Assembly (NCBI GenBank): GCA_947626825.1
Contig: CANQTM010000004.1
Coordinates: forward strand, 10,074-74,073
From: an uncultured Bacilli bacterium
GTDB lineage: Bacteria; Bacillota_I; Bacilli_A; RFN20; CAG-631
Direction: 5' to 3'
DNA length: 64,000 nt
Below, piece by piece: positions 46,316-57,627 of the stretch. The notes beneath the pieces were generated by a model. That model had not been told where the DNA came from. It worked only from the letters and a program-made list of their open reading frames with translations, and did no database searches. The first letter of the stretch is position 1. Every line of letters begins with the position of its first letter. A program made the position numbers and the translations under genes.

Positions 46316-48889
46316 TTATTTTGCCTCCAACCAATTATCGCCAATTGCTCCTGATACTTTTAAAGTAATTGGTTGATTTTCCAAAACATTTTCCATAATA
46401 TTTTGGATATTTGCTTTTATATCATCAACTTTTGTTTCTAAAACTTCAAATAATAATTCATCATGAATTTGACATATTAAATGGCAATCATCTCCAAGTG
46501 AATTTAAATATTTATCAACTTTAACCATTGCTATTTTAATTACATCGGCTGCACTACCTTGAATTGGTGTATTCATAGCAATTCGTTTAGCACCTTCTTT
46601 TGAATTATAATTACTTGAATTTATATCTAATATTTTTCGTCTTCTTTTTAAAATAGTAGTTACATAACCATTTTTTTGACAAAACTCAATTTGGTTATCT
46701 AAAAATTCTTTTATTCGAGGATAAGTTTTAAAAAATTTATCAATAACATTTTGAGATTTTGCTAAAGATAATCCAATTTGTTCTGATAATCCCCAAGCTG
46801 AAATACCATAAACTATACCAAAATTAATGGCTTTAGCTACTCTTCTTAATTCTGGTGTTACTTCATTAAGAGGAATATTATATATTTTGGCTGCTGTAGA
46901 TGCATGAATATCATCCCCCATTAAAAATGAATGCAATAAATTTTCATCATTTGATAAAATTGCTAATATTCTAAGTTCAATTTGTGAATAATCTAAAGAT
47001 AAAATTTTATAATTTTTAGGAGCAATAACAAGTTTTCTAATTATTTTTCTTTCATCATCTCTAACAGCTAAATTTTGTAAATTAGGATTTGATGATGATA
47101 ATCTTCCAGTCATTGTTGTTGATTGATTAAACATTGCATGGATACGATTATCTGCAAATATTGACTCTTCAAAAGCAGAAATATATGAATTTAATAATTT
47201 AGAAAATTTACGATATTGTAAAATTAATGGTACTACTTCATGCATATTTTCAATTTGTTTTAAATCATCAGCATTTGTAGATCTTTTCTTACTACAAGGT
47301 AATTTTAATTCATCAAATAAATATTCCGCCAATTGTTTTGGTGAATTGATATTTATAGGATGTCCAACAATATCATTAATTTTATTTTCAACTTCTTTTA
47401 TCTTAAGTGAATATTCATCATCTAATTTTTTTAATAAATCAGTATCAATTAAAACTCCATTCATTTCCATTTTGGCTAATATTATTGCTAAAGGTTGTTC
47501 AACATTAAATAAAAGATTTTCATTTTCCATATCTTTAATATCTTCTAAAACTTTATCTTTTAATAGACAAGAAGCTTTGGCAATACATAAAGCATATTTT
47601 ACATAATCATCTAATGATGGGTTTTTAATTAATGGTTCAATTGTAATATTATATTTCTCAAAAATATCAGAATTAGTTTTAAAATCTGGATCTAATAAAT
47701 AAAAAGCAAGAAGTATATCAAAACCAACATTTTCCAAATTAATACCCATTTTTCTTAACAAAATATAGGCCTGTTTGCTATCAAAAACATTTTTCTTAAT
47801 ATTTTTATTACTTAAAAAGTCAATTAAATCAAAATCAAATGTAATATAATCAGCTAAAATATATTCTTCTTTTTCTTTATTTGCTATTGCTAAGCCTTTA
47901 ATATTACCATAATGATAATTTCTATTATCAACATCAACAAAAATAAAACTTTCCTCATTTAATAAATCTTTAGAAATATAATCTACAATATTAGTTTTTA
48001 TTGCTATAGTTTGTTCACTATCTTCACTTTCAGTTGTAAATTTTAATAAAGATTTTATACCATATTGTTTAAAAAATTTATTTAAACCAACATGGTCATA
48101 ATCATCATAAGTATCATCTAATAAAGATAAATCAATTGGAACATTTCTTTCAATTGTTGCAAGTTCATAAGATAAAAAAGCCATTTCTTTATCTGCTAAT
48201 AATTTTTCTTTTAATTTACCTTTTATTTGTTCAATATTATCATAAATATTATTTAATGATTGGTAAGTATTTATAAGATCAAAAGCAGTTTTTTCTCCAA
48301 CGCCTTTAACTCCAGGAATATTATCAGAACTATCTCCCATTAAAGCTTTAACATCAATAATTTGTAAAGGTGAAATATTATAAACTTCTTTTAAATGATT
48401 TCTATCAAAAGTTTCAACTTCTGATAAACCTTTATGCATCATATTAACTAAAACATTATCATCAATTAATTGTAATAAATCTCTATCACCAGTATAAACT
48501 TCAATCATAGCATCATGTTCTTTGGCGTGTGATACTAATGTTCCAATAATATCATCAGCTTCATAACCTTCTATTTCAATAGTTTTAATATTACATATTT
48601 TTAGAAATTCTTTGATTGGTGCAAATTGCATTTTTAATTCAATAGGTACTTCTTTTCTATTTGCTTTATAATTATTAAATTCTTGGTGACGAAACTTTTT
48701 ACCTGGAGAATCTAATGCTACTAAAATATCATCAAAATTTTTTTCTTGTAGTAAACGAATTAAAATTGATGAAAATAAATAAATAGCATTTGTTGGTATT
48801 CCATCACTATTACTACTCATACGATTTGCAGTTGCATAATAGGCCCTAAATATCAAACCATTGCCATCAATTAAAACAATTTTTTTCAT
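46316..48889 (-). CDS. polA: DNA polymerase I
   Basis: 5'-3' exonuclease N-terminus (IDGNGLIFRAYYA), polymerase motifs (RRVAKAINFGIVYGIS; QIHDELLFE). Confidence 0.9.
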   Translation of the reverse strand: MKKIVLIDGNGLIFRAYYATANRMSSNSDGIPTNAIYLFSSILIRLLQEKNFDDILVALDSPGKKFRHQEFNNYKANRKEVPIELKMQFAPIKEFLKICNIKTIEIEGYEADDIIGTLVSHAKEHDAMIEVYTGDRDLLQLIDDNVLVNMMHKGLSEVETFDRNHLKEVYNISPLQIIDVKALMGDSSDNIPGVKGVGEKTAFDLINTYQSLNNIYDNIEQIKGKLKEKLLADKEMAFLSYELATIERNVPIDLSLLDDTYDDYDHVGLNKFFKQYGIKSLLKFTTESEDSEQTIAIKTNIVDYISKDLLNEESFIFVDVDNRNYHYGNIKGLAIANKEKEEYILADYITFDFDLIDFLSNKNIKKNVFDSKQAYILLRKMGINLENVGFDILLAFYLLDPDFKTNSDIFEKYNITIEPLIKNPSLDDYVKYALCIAKASCLLKDKVLEDIKDMENENLLFNVEQPLAIILAKMEMNGVLIDTDLLKKLDDEYSLKIKEVENKINDIVGHPININSPKQLAEYLFDELKLPCSKKRSTNADDLKQIENMHEVVPLILQYRKFSKLLNSYISAFEESIFADNRIHAMFNQSTTMTGRLSSSNPNLQNLAVRDDERKIIRKLVIAPKNYKILSLDYSQIELRILAILSNDENLLHSFLMGDDIHASTAAKIYNIPLNEVTPELRRVAKAINFGIVYGISAWGLSEQIGLSLAKSQNVIDKFFKTYPRIKEFLDNQIEFCQKNGYVTTILKRRRKILDINSSNYNSKEGAKRIAMNTPIQGSAADVIKIAMVKVDKYLNSLGDDCHLICQIHDELLFEVLETKVDDIKANIQNIMENVLENQPITLKVSGAIGDNWLEAK

Positions 48890-51800
48890 AGCGCAATCTC
48901 CTTTAGTTTTCTTAAAGAATTTAAATAATAACGATTGTTCTTTAAACTAATATTTGCTATAACATAATCATCTTTATTAAATTCTAAATAATTATTAATG
49001 TTTTGATAAGTTTTTAAATTTAAAATTTTACTATCATCTTCAATATTTATATTTAAATATTCTTTATTTTCTTTTGTTTTTTTAATTTCAATTAGAGTGA
49101 TTTTTCCTAAAATATTATAATATCCTGATGAATTTATATTAATTATTTCTGTTATTTTTTCTTTGACATTTTCTTTTATTTTTTTAAGTGGTGAAGTTGT
49201 CACATATATTCCAAGCATGTCATGTTCTTTTTTTATAAAATCAATGGTATTTTCACTAGCAAATAAAATTGGTTTAGAAATAAAATTATATTTTTCATCA
49301 TCATATGTATTTGGAATATAGTCAAATCCTTTAAACATTATTGCAAAATCATATAATTTATTTAAATTAGAAATTAATAAACCTCTTTTAATGTTAAAAC
49401 AATCAAGTGCACCAGCATAAATTAAATCTGATATAATTTCAACTGAAACATCATTTAAACACATACGAATAATAAAATCATAAATATCTTTAAATTCACA
49501 TTTTTCTCTTTCAAAAATGATAATTTTAGCAATATTTTCTTTAATTGTTGCAATGTTTTTTAAACCAAATAAAATATTATTATTTATTGCTTTAAATTCT
49601 AAAGAAGATGCTAATACATTTGGTTTTAAAAACTTAACATTTAATCTTAAAGCTTCATAATAAATAAGTTTTCTTCTTTCAAGATTTTCTTGATTAACAT
49701 TTAATAAAGCTTCATAAAAAATAGCAGGATAAGTTGCTTTTAAATAGGCCATAATAGACACTATTTTGGCATAGCCAACAGAATGGGCTTTATTAAAGCC
49801 ATAAGAAGCAAATTGCAAAATTAAATTAAAAATTTCTAAAGCTTTATTTTCACTTATTCCATTTTGTAAACAACCATTAACAAATTTTTGTTTTTCATTA
49901 GTTAATAAATTGATTTTTTTCTTAGAAATTGCTCTTCTAAATACATCAGCATCTCCTAAAGAATAATTAGCAATTTTTTGACAAATTTGCATAATTTGTT
50001 CTTGATAAATAATAATTCCATATGTTGGACATAATATATCTTCTATCAATGGTTCAATTTGATAATATTCTTGTTTGTTTTTTCTTTTTATATATGTATC
50101 AATCATGTCCATTGGACCTGGTCGATATAAAGCAATTAATGCAACTATATCTTCAAACTTTGATGGTTTTAATTTACTAATTACTTCATTCATTCCTTTA
50201 GATTCTAATTGGAAAATACCAATATTAGAATTAGATGAAATTAAATCATATGTCTGACGATAATCAAAATTAAGATTATCTAATGTATAATTTTGTTGAT
50301 ATTTTTCATTAATTTGTTTTAAGCAATAATCAATTATAGATAAGTTCTTTAAACCTAAAAAATCCATTTTCACTAGGCCTATTTTTTCAGCAACAATATG
50401 ATCATATTGCAAAGCAATGGTACTATCATCAATTTGAAATGTTGGTACTAATTCATCAAGGTTTTCTTGTGATAAAATAATTCCTGCAGCATGTAAACCT
50501 ATTTGTTTTTTTAAGCCTTCAATTTCACTTGCCAAAGTGCATAATGTTTTATAATTACTATGAATATCTAATAAAGATTTAAATCTTGGATTTGTTTTAT
50601 ATTCATTTTGAATGCTTGTAATATTATTTGATATAGTTTTCATCAAATAATCAACATCATCATTACTTATTTTTAATATTCTTGCCAAATCTCTAATGGC
50701 ACTTTTAGGACCAAATGTAGCAAATGTAGCAATATATGCCATCTTTTTGTAGCCATATTTTTCTTTAACATATTTAATGATTTCATCCCTTTTATTATCA
50801 GCAAAATCAATATCAAAATCAGGATAATTACTTCTTGATGGATTTAAAAATCTTTCAAAAAGTAAATCATATTTTAAAGGATCTATTGTTGTTATATTTA
50901 ATAAATATGCCACTAAAGATGCTGCACCAGAACCTCTTGCTGGTCCTACAGGTATTTTATTTTGTTTAGCATAATTTACATAATCAGATACAACTAAATA
51001 ATAATTGGCAAAACCCATTTCAATTATAATTTTTAATTCATAATTTAAACGTTTTAAATAAATATCGCTTTCAAGATTTTTATTTTTTAAACCTTCTTTA
51101 GCTAATTCTATTAATTTTTCATTTGGATTATCATTTGGATAAACTAAGGGCAATGAAAAATTAATTTTGCCAATTTTTAAAGAAACGCCTTTAGCAAAAT
51201 TCATCAAATTATTAAGTTCATCATTATCATAATATATTTTTAAATTTTGTGAATCTTTTAAATATGCTTCACAAATACTTGAATTATCTAAAAAGTCTTT
51301 ATTTGCCGGAATGTTATTTTTTAAACAATCAAGCAAATTCAAAATAATTGTATCTTTTTCATTTTTATGAATAGCATATTGCATTGCAATAGAAATGATA
51401 TTATTTTCAAATGCTATATTTTTTATTAAATTAATTAGTTGGTCATTACAATTTCGATAACGATAAATACCCAAATAGCAATGAAAAAATATATTTTTTA
51501 AAGTTATAAGATATTGATTAGCTACAAGATGATTATTATTTTGTAAACAATAAGTTAAATAACTATCTTCACTACTTATAACCAAAGCAACATCTTGATT
51601 ATATAATTTTAAATCATCTATAGTTAAATAGTTTATCTTATGGCGACTTGCTAAAGATGAAAGAATTGAAATATTTTTAAAACCATTTTCATTTAAGGCA
51701 ATAAAGTTTAATGGATAAAGCATATCATTATAAGATACATTTAACTCAACTCCAATAATGGGTTTAATATTGTTTTGCAAACATAAATCATAAAAATAAA

Positions 51801-51945
51801 TAGCTCCAGAAAGATTATTGTCAATTAAAGAAGCATATAAAAAATTGTTTTGTTTTGAAAATGAAATTGCATCATTTAAAGTTATAGTTGATGACAAAAA
51901 TGAATAGTCAGATTTCATTTTCAAACAAAAGCTCATAATAATCAC
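48886..51945 (-). CDS. dnaE: DNA polymerase III alpha subunit (DnaE type)
   Basis: PHP domain N-terminus, GPARGSGAASLVAYLLNITTIDP, PDFDIDF catalytic aspartates. Confidence 0.85.
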   Translation of the reverse strand: MIIMSFCLKMKSDYSFLSSTITLNDAISFSKQNNFLYASLIDNNLSGAIYFYDLCLQNNIKPIIGVELNVSYNDMLYPLNFIALNENGFKNISILSSLASRHKINYLTIDDLKLYNQDVALVISSEDSYLTYCLQNNNHLVANQYLITLKNIFFHCYLGIYRYRNCNDQLINLIKNIAFENNIISIAMQYAIHKNEKDTIILNLLDCLKNNIPANKDFLDNSSICEAYLKDSQNLKIYYDNDELNNLMNFAKGVSLKIGKINFSLPLVYPNDNPNEKLIELAKEGLKNKNLESDIYLKRLNYELKIIIEMGFANYYLVVSDYVNYAKQNKIPVGPARGSGAASLVAYLLNITTIDPLKYDLLFERFLNPSRSNYPDFDIDFADNKRDEIIKYVKEKYGYKKMAYIATFATFGPKSAIRDLARILKISNDDVDYLMKTISNNITSIQNEYKTNPRFKSLLDIHSNYKTLCTLASEIEGLKKQIGLHAAGIILSQENLDELVPTFQIDDSTIALQYDHIVAEKIGLVKMDFLGLKNLSIIDYCLKQINEKYQQNYTLDNLNFDYRQTYDLISSNSNIGIFQLESKGMNEVISKLKPSKFEDIVALIALYRPGPMDMIDTYIKRKNKQEYYQIEPLIEDILCPTYGIIIYQEQIMQICQKIANYSLGDADVFRRAISKKKINLLTNEKQKFVNGCLQNGISENKALEIFNLILQFASYGFNKAHSVGYAKIVSIMAYLKATYPAIFYEALLNVNQENLERRKLIYYEALRLNVKFLKPNVLASSLEFKAINNNILFGLKNIATIKENIAKIIIFEREKCEFKDIYDFIIRMCLNDVSVEIISDLIYAGALDCFNIKRGLLISNLNKLYDFAIMFKGFDYIPNTYDDEKYNFISKPILFASENTIDFIKKEHDMLGIYVTTSPLKKIKENVKEKITEIININSSGYYNILGKITLIEIKKTKENKEYLNINIEDDSKILNLKTYQNINNYLEFNKDDYVIANISLKNNRYYLNSLRKLKEIAL

Positions 51946-52109
51946 TTCTTTCTTGTAATTATATTAACATATAATTAAGGTAAATTAAAGTAAATTAAAA
52001 ATAAATTTAATTGGAAATATAAAAGATTTTATTAAAAAATAAAAATAAGATATTTACTTAAAAATGAATGTTTACTATAATTTAGTTGTATTTACGGAGG
52101 TAATTAATA

Positions 52110-53492
52110 ATGATTCAACCTATTTTAGATTCTAAGTTTAAACCAGCTATTATCGAACTTAGAAAATTTAATGAGGATGTTAAAAATTCAAAAAATTCTC
52201 AACACCTAATTATTGCTGTAGAAAGAAATAATGGATATGTATATCGTAAAGAAATTGATGTCTTTCAAGATGGAATTGATGATAAAAGAAATATTTATAT
52301 CATCGAAAGATTAATTAAATCAATTTTATGGGTTGTTGGAGGTTATAAAATCTATATTGCTGGCTCAAAAGTTATTTATGAAGCAATAAAAAGTTTTTAT
52401 ACTGATGGTGGTCTAAGAGATTTTGATTATCATTTCATGTCAAATGTTTATGAAAACGAAGTTAAAGTTATTTATGCAACTTATGATTCAATTCCTTTAG
52501 AAAAAAAATCATCAGTTCCTGCTGGTGGTCATCTAAATGGTCGTCGTATAGGTTTTGATGCTGGTGGTTCTGATAGAAAAGTATCTGCTGTAGTTAATGG
52601 TGAAACAATTTATTCTGAAGAAACAGTTTGGTTTCCAAAATTAAATAGTGATCCTCAATATCACTATGATGGCATTTATGCAGCAATGAAAACTGCCATT
52701 GAAAAAATGGGTGGCGATGTAGATGCAATTGGTGTTTCATCAGCTGGTGTTTATATTGATAACAAAGCAATGGTTGCATCTTTATTTATTAAAGTTTCTA
52801 AAGAAGATTTTGATAAAAGAATTAAAACAATCTATCTTGATGTAGCAAAACAATTAGAAAAAGAACTTGGTCATGAAATTCCTATCATTGTTGCAAATGA
52901 TGGTGATGTTACTGCTTTAGCAGGTGCTATGGATCTTAAAGACAATTGTGTTTTAGGAATCGCTATGGGTACTAGTGAAGCTGTTGGATATGTCGACAAT
53001 AATGGCAATTTAACAGGATGGTTATCAGAACTTGCTTTTGTACCTGTTGATTTTGATAAAGATGCTATGATGGATGAATGGTCATTAGATATTGGTGTTG
53101 GATGTAAATATTTTAGTCAAGATGCCGTTATTAAACTTGCTCCAGCTGCTGGTATCACATTAGATGACAATCTAAGTTTAGCTGAAAAATTAAAATATGT
53201 TCAAAAATTAAATGCCGAAGGTCATGAAGGAGCAAATAAAATATTTGAATCTATCGGTGTATATTTAGCATATGCTTTAGCCTTTTATGCTGAATTTTAT
53301 GAAATAAAACATGTATTAATATTAGGCAGAGTTACTTCAGGAAAAGGTGGAGACACAATTCTTGATGTATGTAAAAAAACATTAGCTAGCGAATTTAAAG
53401 AATATGCTAATATTGATATTGGAATGCCTAGCGAATATATGAGAAGAGTTGGCCAATCAATTGCCGCTGCTTCATTACCTGAAACAAAATAA
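52110..53492 (+). CDS. ASKHA-superfamily ATPase-like protein (ROK/BadF-type sugar-kinase fold) with an ~140-aa N-terminal extension, function unknown
   Basis: RRIGFDAGGSDRKVSAV phosphate-1-like motif; AIGVSSAGV; ANDGDVTALAG. Confidence 0.35.
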   Translation: MIQPILDSKFKPAIIELRKFNEDVKNSKNSQHLIIAVERNNGYVYRKEIDVFQDGIDDKRNIYIIERLIKSILWVVGGYKIYIAGSKVIYEAIKSFYTDGGLRDFDYHFMSNVYENEVKVIYATYDSIPLEKKSSVPAGGHLNGRRIGFDAGGSDRKVSAVVNGETIYSEETVWFPKLNSDPQYHYDGIYAAMKTAIEKMGGDVDAIGVSSAGVYIDNKAMVASLFIKVSKEDFDKRIKTIYLDVAKQLEKELGHEIPIIVANDGDVTALAGAMDLKDNCVLGIAMGTSEAVGYVDNNGNLTGWLSELAFVPVDFDKDAMMDEWSLDIGVGCKYFSQDAVIKLAPAAGITLDDNLSLAEKLKYVQKLNAEGHEGANKIFESIGVYLAYALAFYAEFYEIKHVLILGRVTSGKGGDTILDVCKKTLASEFKEYANIDIGMPSEYMRRVGQSIAAASLPETK

Positions 53493-53550
53493 AATTTAAA
53501 AATGCAATTAATATTTAAAATTGCATTTTTTAAAATATGGAGGTCATTTA

Positions 53551-54597
53551 ATGTTTACTAGAGAAAAATGCCGTAAAGTTAAAGTTGGAAATCTATTTAT
53601 TGGTGGAAGCAATTCAATAATTATTCAATCAATGTGTAATATTAAAACACAATATGTTGAAAAAGTTATTAAACAAATATTAAAACTTGAAACTTATGGC
53701 TGCCAATTAATTAGAGTATCCATTTTAGATGAAAATGATGCTTTATCCATTAAAGAAATCAAAAAAAATATTCATATACCTTTAGTTGCTGACATACATT
53801 TTGATTATAAATTAGCTTTAAGTGCTATTGCAAATGGGGCTGATAAAATTCGTTTAAATCCTGGAAATATAACTAATGAAGAACATATAAAACAAGTAGT
53901 TTTAGCATGCAAAGAAAAAAATATTCCAATTCGAATTGGCGTTAATTCTGGATCTTTAGATAAAGATCTTCAAGAAAAATATGGTGTTAGTGCTAAAGCT
54001 ATGATTGAATCGGCCAAAAAAGAAATAGGTTTACTTGAAAAATATGGCTTTAACAATATAATATTGTCTTTAAAATCTTCATCTTATGAAATTGCAAAAC
54101 AAGCTTATTTAATGGCTGCTGAATTATTTGATTACCCATTACATATTGGAATTACTGAAACTGGGCCTATAATACCTGGAATTATTAAATCCACTTTAGG
54201 ATTATCTGAATTAATTGATTTACATATTGGTTCAACAATTAGAATTTCATTATCTGATAATCCGATTGAAGAAATAAAAGTGGCTAAACAATTATTAGCA
54301 ATTAAAGGCTTAGTAAATATGCCTACAATTATTTCTTGTCCAACATGTGGAAGAACTGTAGTTAATCTAATAAAATATGTCCATAAAATTGAAGATTATT
54401 TATATAAGGTTAATAAAAATATTAAAATTGCCATTATGGGATGTGTTGTTAATGGACCAGGTGAAGCAAAAGAAGCTGACTTAGGCATTGCATTTAGTAA
54501 TAATATGGCAGTATTTTTTAAAAAAGGAAAAATATATAAAACTATAAATGAAAAAAATTTCCTAAATGAATTAAAAAAGGAAATTAATTTGTTTTGA
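53551..54597 (+). CDS. ispG: 4-hydroxy-3-methylbut-2-en-1-yl diphosphate synthase (flavodoxin)
   Basis: TREKCRKVKVGNLFIGGSNSIIIQSMCN; CPTCGR...GCVVNGPGE Fe-S motifs. Start set at ATG after GGAGG. Confidence 0.85.
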   Translation: MFTREKCRKVKVGNLFIGGSNSIIIQSMCNIKTQYVEKVIKQILKLETYGCQLIRVSILDENDALSIKEIKKNIHIPLVADIHFDYKLALSAIANGADKIRLNPGNITNEEHIKQVVLACKEKNIPIRIGVNSGSLDKDLQEKYGVSAKAMIESAKKEIGLLEKYGFNNIILSLKSSSYEIAKQAYLMAAELFDYPLHIGITETGPIIPGIIKSTLGLSELIDLHIGSTIRISLSDNPIEEIKVAKQLLAIKGLVNMPTIISCPTCGRTVVNLIKYVHKIEDYLYKVNKNIKIAIMGCVVNGPGEAKEADLGIAFSNNMAVFFKKGKIYKTINEKNFLNELKKEINLF

Positions 54598-54636
54598 TTT
54601 TTATGCCCCTAACATATTATAAATTAGGGGGATATT

Positions 54637-54882
54637 ATGGATCGTTTATATTTAAAAAACTATTTAAACAAAATTAATGAAAATGCTGTAATTGCTTTTG
54701 CCAAAAACCACAACATTTCTTTATCGTTTGAAGAAGCAAGTTATGGTTTAGCTTTTATTAGAAGTCATTTTGATGAATTTATGAACACATATGACAAAAA
54801 GGAATATATTTATTACTATTTTCAAGATCCTTTTGCCTATAAAATGTATCAATTAATAACATTAATTACAAAAAAATTATAA
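54637..54882 (+). CDS. Small hypothetical protein (81 aa)
   Basis: ORF with RBS-like GGGGGA upstream; no recognisable motifs. Confidence 0.3.
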   Translation: MDRLYLKNYLNKINENAVIAFAKNHNISLSFEEASYGLAFIRSHFDEFMNTYDKKEYIYYYFQDPFAYKMYQLITLITKKL

Positions 54883-55359
54883 TTTTATTTCTTGCCATTT
54901 TATTAATAATTGTTCTATTGAACATTTAGCATTTGCGGCACTTGTTGATGGCAATAACGTAGCCATTGGCAACAAAATATCAAAATGTTTAGCAAATAAT
55001 TGATAAGCTTTTGTGCCATTTAAAAATATTCTTTTTATCGGATATTTATTTATAATTTCTATAATATTTGCTATTTTTGGATTTCTTATACTACTATCAC
55101 TTGACTTATCAATATCGCATTCTTCAATAACATCATATAACGCAATATGATGTTTTTTTAATAATTTAATTTTGTTTGAAACATTATCATCTAAAAAATT
55201 TTCTTGATAAATAATACTTAATATTTGATAAAAGCGGTTGGTAGGATTCATATAATAAAAATTTCTTTTACGAGATATTACGCTTGGAATGCTTCCTAAA
55301 ATTAATATTTGTGAATCATTATCTATAACTATAGGAAATTGATGATTAATGTGTGTCAT
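54877..55359 (-). CDS. Uracil-DNA glycosylase superfamily protein (DNA-deoxyinosine glycosylase / Mug-TDG-like)
   Basis: HQFPIVIDNDSQILILGSIPSVISRKRNFYYMNPTNRFYQIL matches the HxFxP...ILILGSxPS...YYxxPxNxFW pattern of this family. Confidence 0.55.
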   Translation of the reverse strand: MTHINHQFPIVIDNDSQILILGSIPSVISRKRNFYYMNPTNRFYQILSIIYQENFLDDNVSNKIKLLKKHHIALYDVIEECDIDKSSDSSIRNPKIANIIEIINKYPIKRIFLNGTKAYQLFAKHFDILLPMATLLPSTSAANAKCSIEQLLIKWQEIKL

Positions 55360-56260
55360 TTTTATAATAATTAATAATATCTTCTTTAAGATTTAAATTG
55401 TTATTTTTTGATAAAATCATTTCAATTTCAAATTTATATGGTGGATAACTAATTTTATCTTTTTCATTTTCTTTAACATAAGGGGTTTCTAAAATAAAAA
55501 TGCGATCACTAATTCTTGGATTATAAATAAAATTTATTAAATTATCAAAGCCAATTTTTCCAAGGCCAATATTTTCATGTCTATCTTTATGGGCACCTTT
55601 TTCATTTTTTGAATCATTTATATGACAAACATATAAATAATTTAAACCAATTATATTATCAAATTCATTTAACACATCATCTATCTTATTTAAATCATAA
55701 CCTGCATCATTTATATGACATGTATCTAAACATACACCAATACACTCTTTATGTTTTATTTGTTGAATAATATAATTTATTTCATTAAAATTAATTCCTA
55801 ATTCACTTCCTTTACCAGCCATCGTCTCAATTAAAATAATGATACCTGGATATTTTTCTATCGCAGCATTTAAATAATATGCAACTTGATTCAAAGATTC
55901 TTCGCGATCATAACCCATTGATGCTCCAGGATGTAATACTAAATATCTACAACCCATTTTTAAAGTTCTATTAATTTCAGAAAGTAACATATTATAAGAA
56001 TTTTTTGATTTTTCTTGATCAAGATTTCCTAAATTAATTAAATATGGAGCATGAACAACAATATTGTTGATATCAATATTATTTTTTTTCATCATATCTA
56101 AAGCTTCATAAATATTTAAATTTTCAAGAGGTGTTCTAAAAGAATTTTGTGGTGCGCCTGTATAAAGCATAAAGGTATTTGCACCATAAGAAATAGCTTC
56201 TTTAACCGAGCCTAAATAATATTCAGGACCTACCATCCCAACATGACAACCTATTTTCAT
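55346..56260 (-). CDS. nfo: Endonuclease IV
   Basis: MKIGCHVG...TIM-barrel AP endonuclease 2 family; HxxYLINL and DTCH motifs. Confidence 0.8.
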   Translation of the reverse strand: MKIGCHVGMVGPEYYLGSVKEAISYGANTFMLYTGAPQNSFRTPLENLNIYEALDMMKKNNIDINNIVVHAPYLINLGNLDQEKSKNSYNMLLSEINRTLKMGCRYLVLHPGASMGYDREESLNQVAYYLNAAIEKYPGIIILIETMAGKGSELGINFNEINYIIQQIKHKECIGVCLDTCHINDAGYDLNKIDDVLNEFDNIIGLNYLYVCHINDSKNEKGAHKDRHENIGLGKIGFDNLINFIYNPRISDRIFILETPYVKENEKDKISYPPYKFEIEMILSKNNNLNLKEDIINYYKNDTH

Positions 56261-57624
56261 GAAATTTCCCCCTTATTTTTCTTTATCGCACGTTCTTTAA
56301 TTCTCTTTTTAATATCGTTTTGAATAATTGCTCTATGATATTTTTGTTTAACTTTTGCAACTTTTTCTTTAAGTTTTTTCTTGTGATTTGGTTTAACTTT
56401 ATTACTTTTATTCATACGAACTGTTTTACTTATTTCTTTTTGTAAATCACTGGCATTAGATGATGTATTTTTACGTTTTGCTCGAGCATTGAAATCTTTT
56501 AATTCTACCCATTCGTGTTTTTTCAATTCCATAACTTTAAAAACAATACCTTGTTTTTCTAATTTTTTTAGTGTCTCTTTATCACTTTTATCAAATAAAG
56601 TTATACATTGTCCAATCATATTTAGTCTTCCAGCACGACCAGCTCGATGAGTGTAGAATTCTAAATTGTTTTTAGGTAAATCCATAGAAATAACATGGCT
56701 AACTCCTTCAATATCAATTCCTCTTGCTGCAATATCTGAACAAACTATATATTTATATTGACCATTCAAGGCTCTTTTGATATTAGCTTTTCTTTCTCTT
56801 GATTGCAAATCACCATGAATAATACCACATTCATAACCATTATCTAATAAAAGTTTATAAATATCATTAACTTTTTCTTTTCGATTAGCAAAAATTAAAC
56901 ATACATATGGATTGATTTCTTTTAAAATTTCAAGCAAAATTTCATTTGTATTTCTACCACGAACTGGATAAAGGATATGTTCAATATTTTCATTGTTATT
57001 ATCATTGCTATCACTTATTGTCAAAGGTACCTTAAAATATTTTTTTATAAAATGTTTAATTCCAGCAGGAATTGTTGCTGAAAATATCATAATTTGTGCC
57101 TTTTTACATAATAAAGCTATTCTATCAACTTCATTTAAAAACCCCATTTCTAAAGTCATATCAGCTTCATCTATAACTAAACTATTAACAGTCGATAAAT
57201 TAACCAAACCACTATCAATAGCAATTTGAGTAATTTTTTCAGGTGTTCCTATTAATATTTGAGGAGTGGATGACATTTTTAATTTTTCTTTTAATGTATC
57301 AATACCACCAATTAAACAAGTTATTTTAACATCAAAATCTTTAAAAAATTCTTGAAAACGTTTATCAATCTGCATTGCAAGTTCCCTTGTTGGAACCAAA
57401 ATTATAGATTGTAATTTTTTTTGATTTTCATCAATTTTTTCAGCAATAGGTATGATAAAACAATGAGTTTTACCACTGCCTGTTTGACCTTTACAAGCAA
57501 AATTTTTACCAGCTAAAGCAGTTGGCAAAACCATATTTTGTATATTTGTTGGTGCCATAAAATTAATATTTTCTAAAGCTTTTAAAGTTTTATCTTTTAA
57601 TTTAAAATCCAAAAAAGAATTCAT
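56257..57624 (-). CDS. DEAD-box ATP-dependent RNA helicase (CshB-like)
   Basis: Q motif (FMAPTNIQ), GQTGSGKT, DEAD, SAT, HRAGRAGR; lysine-rich C-terminus. Confidence 0.85.
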   Translation of the reverse strand: MNSFLDFKLKDKTLKALENINFMAPTNIQNMVLPTALAGKNFACKGQTGSGKTHCFIIPIAEKIDENQKKLQSIILVPTRELAMQIDKRFQEFFKDFDVKITCLIGGIDTLKEKLKMSSTPQILIGTPEKITQIAIDSGLVNLSTVNSLVIDEADMTLEMGFLNEVDRIALLCKKAQIMIFSATIPAGIKHFIKKYFKVPLTISDSNDNNNENIEHILYPVRGRNTNEILLEILKEINPYVCLIFANRKEKVNDIYKLLLDNGYECGIIHGDLQSRERKANIKRALNGQYKYIVCSDIAARGIDIEGVSHVISMDLPKNNLEFYTHRAGRAGRLNMIGQCITLFDKSDKETLKKLEKQGIVFKVMELKKHEWVELKDFNARAKRKNTSSNASDLQKEISKTVRMNKSNKVKPNHKKKLKEKVAKVKQKYHRAIIQNDIKKRIKERAIKKNKGEIS

Positions 57625-57627
57625 TTT

